Positions 55,086 to 64,000 of a stretch of DNA of 64,000 bases are shown one piece after another. Position numbers and translations under genes: made by a program. Below the pieces are notes generated by a model, which was given only the letters and a program-made list of their open reading frames with translations, was not told the DNA's origin and made no database searches. Origin of the DNA: the human T2T-CHM13v2.0 reference genome, Homo sapiens; assembly GCF_009914755.1 (NCBI RefSeq), contig NC_060937.1; one strand, given 5' to 3'. Every line of letters begins with the position of its first letter. The stretch's first letter is position 1.

Positions 55086-55642
55086 TGTATCCACACAAAC
55101 ACTTGTACACAAAGGTCATAGCAGCATTACTCATAGTAGCCAAAATGTGGCAACAACCTGTCTATATGTCCATCAACTGAAGAATGAATGAATACAATGT
55201 GGTATATTTTATATGTTTCATACTGAATGGAATAGTGTTTAGGCATAAAAAATGGGGTACTGACACATGCTATGGCATGGATAAACCTTAAAAATATTAA
55301 GTTAAGTGAAAATAGCCAGACAAAGAAGGCCACATATTATATGACTCCAACTACTTATGACTTCACCCACATGAAATGCTAAGAACAGGCAAATCTACAG
55401 ACATGGAAATTATATTAGTGGTTACCTAAAGTTGAGACACTTAGGGGTAAGTAGGGAAGTGACTACTAATAGTTACAGGTTTTTTTTGGCAGGGGATTGG
55501 GGTGTGATAAGTGTGTTCTAAAGCTGATTGTGATTAGGGTTGCACAACCTTGCAAATATATTAAAAGCCTTTAAATTTTACACTTTGAATGGGTGAATTG
55601 TATGATATGTGAAGAGTATCTCAATAAAGGTGTTACGAAAAA
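55086..55642 (+). mobile_element. L1MB/MC 3' end inserted in ERV-L
   Basis: tatccacacaaacacttgtacac ... tatctcaataaaggtgtt. Confidence 0.85.
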
Positions 55643-55789
55643 TGAAAACTATAGCAATGCAGTGTAGGCAGGACTATTAATAGCTTAGGTCCTTTAAAAT
55701 TAAAGCTTTGGGTCAATTATCAGGCAAGGGACCACGGCCAGCCAATGTGAGTGCTTTTAGGGCAAAGAGAAAATATGGCTATTTTATTT

Positions 55790-57300
55790 AGTTGCTTAAA
55801 TTGTTCCAGCTTTGGCGTTTGTGAATTTGCTATGCCGGTATTCTTGTTTTTTAAGCACTGCCTTACGTTCTGGTGTTAGAAGATGCTCCAGGCTCATCTT
55901 GCATTTTCCGTGCTATTTTCATTTACTCTAATGATGGATTTAATTGGATTTATGTCTACTACCTTGATATTTGCTTTCTATTTTCTCATCTGTTTGTACC
56001 CTTTCTTCTTATTTCCTTGCTTGCTTTTGGATTTAGCAAGTATTTTCTGTTATTTCTTTTTCTCCTCTATTAGCTCTTCAGTTATATAATTTGTTATTAT
56101 GAGTGTATTGGTTGCATTTGAAATTATAATACTTATGTTTGATTCATTACAGCCTGTTAGATTAGTATTTTACCACTTCCCAAACAGAGAAGCCTAGAAA
56201 GTTGAACTTCTAGTACTCCTTCCCTCCCTTGTGCTATTTTTGTTATATTCTACTTTCATATATGTTCCAAATCCCACAAGATATTATTATTGCTGTTGTT
56301 TTAAACAGTTCGTATCTATTTCTATTTGCTCACCTGTGTATTCTTTCAGGTGCACTTTAGTTTTTCTTGCAGTCTTATGCTTCTGATAGTAACATTTTTA
56401 TTCACCCTGGAAATCTTCTTTTATTTCTCATGTAAACATCCCCTGGCAACAGGTTCTTTGATTGTTTATAGTCCTAAAAACATCTTTATTTTGGTTCTAG
56501 TTTTGAAAGATAAATTCACTCGGTATAGAACTCGAAGTTGACAGGCTTTTTGTTTTTGTGGTTTTTTTTAAATTTCAGTGTTAAAAAGATGTCATCCTAG
56601 TGCCTTCCAGCTTCCATTTTTGTGTGTGTGTGTTCTTTGCTTCTCTCAAGAATTTTGTCTAGAAAGAATTGTTGTAATAGTTTTGACACAGCTATTATAG
56701 TGGTTTACATAGGACCCCAACTACTCCACCATAGCTAGAACTAGAACTCTTTCTTCTTCTTCTTGACTTTTGCATTGACCATAATATAAACAGTTTCTGT
56801 GATACAGCATATTCTTGTCTAACTTTTGAGTTTTAAAAAGAATGTATTTAAAGTGTTCCCCTTAAGTATGATGCTTACTGATAAGTTTAAGAAAGTTCCT
56901 CTGTCAAGTTTAAGAAGGTTCCCTTCTATTAATTATCTTTCAGAGATTTTTAAAAAGTAATAAATAGATGTTAAACTATACTAAATACTTTTTCAAAATT
57001 TGTTGAGATAGTATGTGAGTTTTCTCTTTTATATCATTATTGTAGTAAATGTCAATTAATTTCCTGGGTTAAAACAATCTTTGCATTTCTCAGATTAACC
57101 ATGCTGATATATCTACTTGATCATAATATATTCACTTTTATAGTTTTTTTGGTTTATATTTAGTTATCAATCTTTTTTTCACTACTTTACTTTTATCATT
57201 CTTATATCCTTAGTTTTCATGCCACTTTTGTGGATAACAGATTAAAGCACAGTCGGAAAAATTGTTAACTCTGTATTGTGGACATTAAAAAATATCTTTT
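55790..57300 (-). mobile_element. Degraded L1M fragments
   Basis: ttttgaaagataaattcactcggtatagaactc; ttaagtatgatgcttactg. Confidence 0.6.
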
Positions 57301-57304
57301 TGTT

Positions 57305-57618
57305 GGCCAGGCGCGGTGGCTCACTCCTGTAATCCCAGCACTCTGGGGGGCCGAGGCAGGCAGATCACCTGGGGTCGGGAGTTCAAGACCAGCCTGACCA
57401 ACATGGTGAAACCCTGTCTCTACTAAAAAAAAAAAAAGAAAAATAGTACAAAATTAGCCGGGCATGGTGGCACACGCCTGTAGTCCTAGCTACTCAGGAG
57501 GCTTAGGCAGGAGAATCACTTGACCCAGGAAGTCAGAGGTTGCAGTGAGTTGAGATCGCACCATTGCACTCCAGCCTGGGCAACAAGAGTGAAACTCCAT
57601 CTGAAAAAAAAAAAAAAA
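57305..57618 (+). mobile_element. AluSq/Sp-like
   Basis: cctgaccaacatggtg, gcaacaagagtgaaactcc; expanded middle A linker. Confidence 0.93.
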
Positions 57619-59369
57619 TCTTTTTTTTCTCAGACTTCTTAGGGGGCAAGCAGACCCTACTCCTCACAGCGATATCAGTAGGTCCACATGACCTGGGACC
57701 TCCACATAGCAAGAAATCTTCACCCTGAGCTTCAGTAGAGGCTCACCTTCCTCTCTGCTGCTGCACCCCACACTTTCTTCCCCTGGAGATCATGGAGAAG
57801 TTGTGCTCAGACTCATCTCCGTTTTCTTTTTTCATAGAAAACCTTCTCATGATTCAGAGAATAGTCGGGAGGTGAAAATTTAGGCTACTATCAACTCAGA
57901 GTCCCCAGTAAATCTTCATAGATTTATATAATCCCCTGCATTAGTCTATTTCTGTGCTGCTGTAAAGGAATGGGTGATATAAAGAAGAAATTGAAAATGT
58001 TTATAATCTAGAGATAATCAGTGTTATTCAATTGCAAGTATGTGTATCTTTTTTTTTAACCAGGTGTCAAAGAAAGGTTTTTAGACAATAAGCAAGACTT
58101 CCTTCCTGCCTGAGTGTTGAAGGGCTGCATTTGGTCGATCAGGCCACCAAGAATGGCAGTCAAGTTCGTGCAGGTCCAAGCAATGAACATCACATCAGGA
58201 CCACTTCCTGGCCACGATGACATAAGATGCTTTCCATTATGAGAATGTCTGGATTTCAGAGATGCTACAATCTGAAAAAGAGTGTGCCTTACCTTTGAGA
58301 GGAAAGCCATCGTTTTTAATTGAAAAGTAATAAGTAGTCTAATCGATAATTTGATTATTTCCATTTATATATCTTTATCAGCTTATCCTATTTTCTATGT
58401 GAACATGTCTAAATTAATTTTGTCAAACATATTGTAGTAGTAAAACTTTCTGTTTTATATTTTTAGAATAATCATTTTTATAATAACTGTTTACACAAAA
58501 TAATAAAGATATTATTCTTAAAAGCAAGACAAAAAGCAAACAAAAAGTCTAACAGCAATAAGGTAAAAAGGAAGCTACTAAAACGTGAGCTAATTTTTTT
58601 CCCCTGAACTTTATGCTACTCTTGCACTTGCAAAGAATGTGCATTACATTTCAGAAAACGATTCCTACATCTCTATCAAAGTAGAGTAGCTATCATGCTT
58701 GACCTTAGAAAGATCATTTACAGAGATGGAAAGCCTGAGAATATGTTTGATAATTTAGGAAATTTGGGGAGGAAAAATGGATTGAGATATGAAAAAGCAT
58801 TAAATAATAATTAAATTATACTAAAATACTGGAACACATAAGACATGCAGCTGAAAGATATAGATCAGTGAGGAGATTTGAAAAGCTGGGACAAAAATCT
58901 CAGTTTATTAAATGAATAACTCATTCCTGTGTAAAAGGGAATTTAGAAAACTGGAAGCAGAAACAATTCTAGTTACTATTTTCAGAGAGACATCATAGTT
59001 ATTAGTGGATTTTCCTCTACTTATTTATTATCTCCTGGCCTTCTAATTTTGAGAAGAAAAATATTATCAACAACAAAAACAAATGATCTTCTCTGTCTCG
59101 TAACCCTCCCACTCTACATTTTTTGCCCTTTTTCCTTCCTTCGAAGTACTTACTTATTCTTCTGCTGAGATTCTTATTTTTTCTCCAGCATATAATGTTA
59201 TAAGGAGAATTTTGTGTTTAGAATTCTAAAATATGACTTACCTGGGGATCTTTGTTGAAGTTTAGTTTGGCAAATCCACTTTCTTCTCTCAGTTTTCCTC
59301 TCATTGATCCAAAGAACGTAGTTTTTCATCTTTATTGAGGGCCTATTTACACACTTATATAATGTATTA

Positions 59370-59960
59370 AACTTAAAAACATGGAGTAAATGCACATTAT
59401 GTGCCAAGCATACTGCTAAGTGCTTTATCTTTACTTCATAGAAGTAAGAAACAGAGACCTAGACAAATCAAGAAAACAAAAAATAATAAAAAAAACTAGC
59501 CCAATGTGGCAGAAACTGTTATTCACTGATATCCATGTACTCACTGATATTTTCTCAGTCTCCTTTGCATTTAGTTTAAACCTGTTGGCTGATGAAAAGT
59601 GACCAGTTCTGGCCAATGGTTACATGTCAAAGTGCCTTTCACCCACATGCCCTCTTTTCCCTCTCATTTGTCAGCTGGGTCATGGGAGGACATCTTTGCA
59701 ACCAGAAGGTGGAGACATCCTGGATCCCTGAGTCACTATGTGGAGGAGATTTTTCCTACCTGTGTTATACTGTGATGGCAGCAAGAAATACCTTTTTACT
59801 GGGTTAAGCCCTGAGATTTACGGAGCAATTTATAACCCAAACTAGTATTAATTTTGGTGCATTGGGAGTAGTGCACTTTCTATCACATAGCTAATACCTG
59901 TTGAGGGTACAGAGTTTGAACCTAGAACTCTTGGCTTCATTGCCGGTATTCTTAAAGAGC
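59370..59960. mobile_element. MIR fragments around an MLT1 LTR fragment (~59500-59850)
   Basis: atgtgccaagcatactgctaagtgcttt; tcctggatccctgagtcactatgtggag ... gttaagccctgagattt. Confidence 0.6.
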
Positions 59961-61799
59961 AGCTTCCTGCATCAGGTAAGAGAGGACAAAAAGAAGACAA
60001 AGAGAGGGTACTGACTTGATGTGATGTGAAGAGAACCAGGCCCTCTCACCCTCTCTGGAATGGCAGTGAGAGGCAATGGTTCAGACAAACCCAGTATGTC
60101 TATCACTTACTACTGTGTTGTCATAGGCAAGTTATTTAGCTTTTCTGAGCCTTTCTTCTTGCAAAATGAAAAGAGTAAGCACAATAAGTGGCAAAGGCAC
60201 ACAGTAGATAATTAAGTGGTCAAATACTCATTTTAATTACCTACCTCTATCCTTAATCGAATAAGAAGAAAAAATAGGGACCGTATGTGTAAATGTAAAA
60301 CCACCATGCTTAAGAACAACACACTAATGTTTATTTTCTAGTAAATAAGAGAATAAGGGAAAATGCCATTTTTGGAAATTAATATTAAAAAGCGTAATTG
60401 AAAGAAATAGGAACATTGTGTGTCTTTACTAGGAGCTGCCTAAAGCCTTGCAATATCTAGACAAATTTAGGTAATGTAATAAAGTGAATGCATCTCACAT
60501 TGGAATAATTGAGAGTCATTATTTTCAAAAGCAATAGGGCAATCATCAAATGGAAATAAATCCTAAAATTATTCTGCTACTTTATTATAACATCAATGTG
60601 GAATTTATGAAACATGGTCTTTTTAGGTGGCATTAGAACATTTGAGAATGTGGCTGTCAGGGTGGAAGACATCTTAAGGGAGGCTTTTAAAAATTAGAAT
60701 TCCAGAGAGTGTTAAAAATGAACATTAATTATATGATATTCAACTTGTATTACCCTATATTCATAATAAGAAGTGATTTGGAGTTCTGGAATGAATACAA
60801 AGGTGCTTCATCAAATCTCATTTTATTTTCTAACTAATCACAGTGAGCCCAGAGCTATTTATTCTCTTTACTTAAATAACCTCTGCTCCCTTGACTTTGT
60901 CTGCAGCTTTTCAAAGTGAGCCAAGTTAGTTTACAGAGGTGCTGTTGTGGAAAGCTTGGTCCACAGGCCTGTGTGGGCCTCTCACTAAGTTCTCACTGAG
61001 AACTCTTTTCCAGGACAAGAGCACCTAGCTTGCTTGGGTGATTTGATCCCAAATTGTTATCGTTTTATTCAGTAATTCTGTCCATGTTATCGAGGTCAAA
61101 CTTGGGAACTCTTGGATTGCCATGTGTATGTGCTTATAAGAACAATGGCATGCAAAATCTGAAATTTCACAAAACTGGAAAATCTATGAGTTAGTTTTAT
61201 TGGGAATGGGTGTTTTCTCCACATTCTCAACCTGTAGTCTATTGGGTTTGTGTTCATTGTTTGGACCCTCAAGTGGCATAACTGCCCCTTTCTCTGTTCA
61301 AGTGTCCTGGGTATCCCAGAAAGTGGCACCTTGAAATATATGGTTTTAATGATTGTTATTTTGAACACTTATTAGTGTCAGAGTCTTCATTCGTAAACTA
61401 TGTGTAATAAAACAGGGTCAAAATTTGCACATTACAGATGGTGTGTGCAAAAAATGTAAATCTCTATATTCCTAACCCGATTTCATCTTGCTTTGGATTC
61501 TCTAGTTCTGTTGCTAGCAGAATAACAAACAACAAAAACTAAATTGATCGTTAGTGGTAAATCCCTCACTTTTAGGCAACAGTCTCTTTCTGTTTGTCCT
61601 GTCTGCCTCTGCTGATGAGGCATCCATGGCTTGTGTACCTCACAGTCTACTGATGGCTAACACAGTCTTTTTAAAAAATAAATATCCAATCAATTCAAAA
61701 TTTGAACTCTCCAAAAGAGCTATTCCTCTTCTCTCAAGTTGTTCCTTCTCAACCTGCTTTCCAAGATGCCACCCAGGTGGCAGGGGATACTTTGTGCTC

Positions 61800-62328
61800 T
61801 GAGAAACTGAATATACAAACTGACATTGGCCAGATTGTATATAAAAATTAGAACTTCAACCAACAGTCTGCAGCAACCTGCCCAGGAAACCGACTCCCTT
61901 TTCTACAATAAACAGCCCAGGAAGCCAGCCTGCTATGTAAGTCCGACTTAAAGGAAGCCAGACTGTTATCCTTAGTGACAATCCAAGAACCTAACAATAA
62001 CTACTGTTACAATCAGCCAAAGACAACCAGGACTTGATTAACAACTGACAGCTTCCCTAATTTTTGTAAGCACTTCCAGTTTAGGACTAACCCAGTGAAA
62101 GCCAAATATATGCACCCCTAATCAATGCCATAGCATGCCTGGCTCTGGTTAGCCTGCCTACAGCTTTCCCACACCAACAGCCTCTAATTGAGGCACACCT
62201 GAAGCCTTCCTTTTTTTCCCCTACAAAGCTTTCCCAGTCCTCTCCCTGACTTTGAGTGTCAGCAAAACAAAAGTGATGGTGGCTGACTCCCTTGCTATAG
62301 CACCATTTCATTGGTCTTTATTTCCACA
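61800..62328 (+). mobile_element. ERV1-class solo LTR (MER4 group; subfamily uncertain)
   Basis: tgagaaac ... ctgcagcaacctgcccaggaaacc ... ggtggctgactcccttgctatagc ... tttccaca. Confidence 0.7.
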
Positions 62329-62924
62329 GCTCCCACAGCATTAGTGGGAAGCAACTAATCTACCTGTTGTCCTACCCTGCAAGCACCTATTGACCTCTTG
62401 CTGAGGCACAGTGGATGTCTGAGAATTGCTTTTGTCCTCTCTGCCTCTGCTGATGAGGTATCCAAGGCTTGTGTGCCTCACAGTCTATATCCACTTAATA
62501 TGGTGGGGACCCCATGGTTCTCATGCAGGCCTACAGCAAAGTTGGCTTCACCTTGGCTCTTTTGGCATGCAGATCTTTGGAATCTTAGAGGAACATTCTA
62601 TCCAGTCCCGGCCTAGGCTTGTGAGCTCCAAGTCTCTGCTAGGAGGTCATCTTATCCCTCGCCTCAGTGGCTCTTTGGCAAAACAGTTTGGACCTCAACT
62701 GTCAGCTACCTCCCCATAACCCCTGGCAAGTGGGCCTGTCACATTTGTGCTAAAAGGATGTAGAGGTGCTCTCCTGCCTTCCCTCTGCCACACCACCACT
62801 TTATTCTGCCTTACCTGTCATGTCAGCTCCGGGGCAGCCTGCTAGCCAGTTTTGAAATAGGAAATGGTAACAGATCCCCTTTACTTCTGTTGCCCCTTTA
62901 TACTATCTGGGCTTTTGTTGTGTC

Positions 62925-63031
62925 TTTCCATTCCTTTCCGTTCCTTTCCCTTTATCCCCCTCCTTTCCCCTTCCCTCCTCTCTCCTTCCCTTTGTTTCTT
63001 GTTTTTTTTTTTTTTTTTTTTTTCCCTTTTT
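62925..63031. repeat. Polypyrimidine / poly-T low-complexity tract
   Basis: CT-rich run followed by ~21 T. Confidence 0.9.
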
Positions 63032-64000
63032 TGTATTGCTCTCACTCCTAGAATCAAGTCCAAGGAGATTGAGATGCTACTTTCCTGAGACTCAGGATAT
63101 CCTTCCCTCCCTTGCACAGTTGGTCAAATGAGATCAAACCCTGTGTTCTAGCCTCATTTTCTCCCTTGTGAACTTCTTACCTCTAGGTGGTTCATTTACT
63201 TCTCTTCCTTGGGGCAATAAACCTTATGATAAGAAGTGCATCTGGGGGATCACCAGCTCTACTCACCTTGACATATAGAAAGTCTGGGAAAATTTCTTGT
63301 TTTACAGACTTCCAATTAGTGGGTCAACTGTGGAAGCTGAATCGTGTTCCTTATCACTCTTCATTGTCAAAGCTCACAACAACACTATGGAAACTGCTTC
63401 ACGGTTAACATATGCCACCAATAAAATCTATAAATAAGTGTTTGGGAAACAATGTTTCTATGACAATGTAGTATTTGCCAGAGCAATAATTATGGTAGCA
63501 CAAATGTGTTAACGGTTGGTTAGAGAAATTACTAAGTGGGTTGCAGTTCCTCCCTATCTTTTCTTTGCCAAAATCCATTGCTCAGAATACATGTTTTTTG
63601 CAGATGAGTTTACCATCAGCACTTTAATCATTTATTGTTTGCTGCGAGCATATAAAAGGCAGAGGGAGTGAATTTTGTTAGGTTTTGTGTGACAGGAAGA
63701 AGTTGACTTTGGAAATGTAAAACAGGAGGCTTTTCCAAGCATAAGGTGGGTGTGGGAAAAGAGAAAAGGAGATAGAGATACAAAGTAAATAAAGAAACCA
63801 AGAGAAGTGACTGCAAGTGAAAAGTCACAGAAAAGGAAACCACTGCGTAATTGGGAGTACAAAAGGAAGGAGGTAGGAGGTAGTATGAAGGAGTGGTATT
63901 AAATAAGAAAAGGCAAAGAGGGATGACAAAGTAGAATAGGACAGAGAGAGATGATCCTGTGAGATTCATTCACTTAGTCATTAGATGAATGTTATGAATT

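Noticed and set aside
58040-58300. Strong-looking acceptor (ttttttttaaccag|) followed by an ETS-like cacttcctgg
   Set aside because: No convincing partner donor or ORF; not supportable from sequence alone.

Overview
AT-rich, CpG-poor, repeat-dense primate (human-like) intergenic or intronic DNA. I find no intact protein-coding gene, RNA gene or CRISPR array. The only recognisable gene-derived sequence is a full-length, disabled VDAC1 processed pseudogene on the minus strand (~5040-6884, 14-bp TSD). The rest is mostly Alu, L1, L2, MIR, DNA-transposon remnants, solo LTRs, a nested MLT1/THE1 MaLR block and a degraded ERV-L internal region. Repeat subfamily names come from recalled consensus sequences, not from a search. 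I cannot support a new biological system here. The best leads are: (1) two unrelated ERV LTRs inserted at nearly the same position and relative orientation inside two different Alus; (2) several local template-switch scars, including a 39-bp copy of the pseudogene's own 3'UTR pasted into its CDS, a ~155-bp nested palindrome at an L1 3' end, and 57-bp and ~130-bp dispersed duplications.
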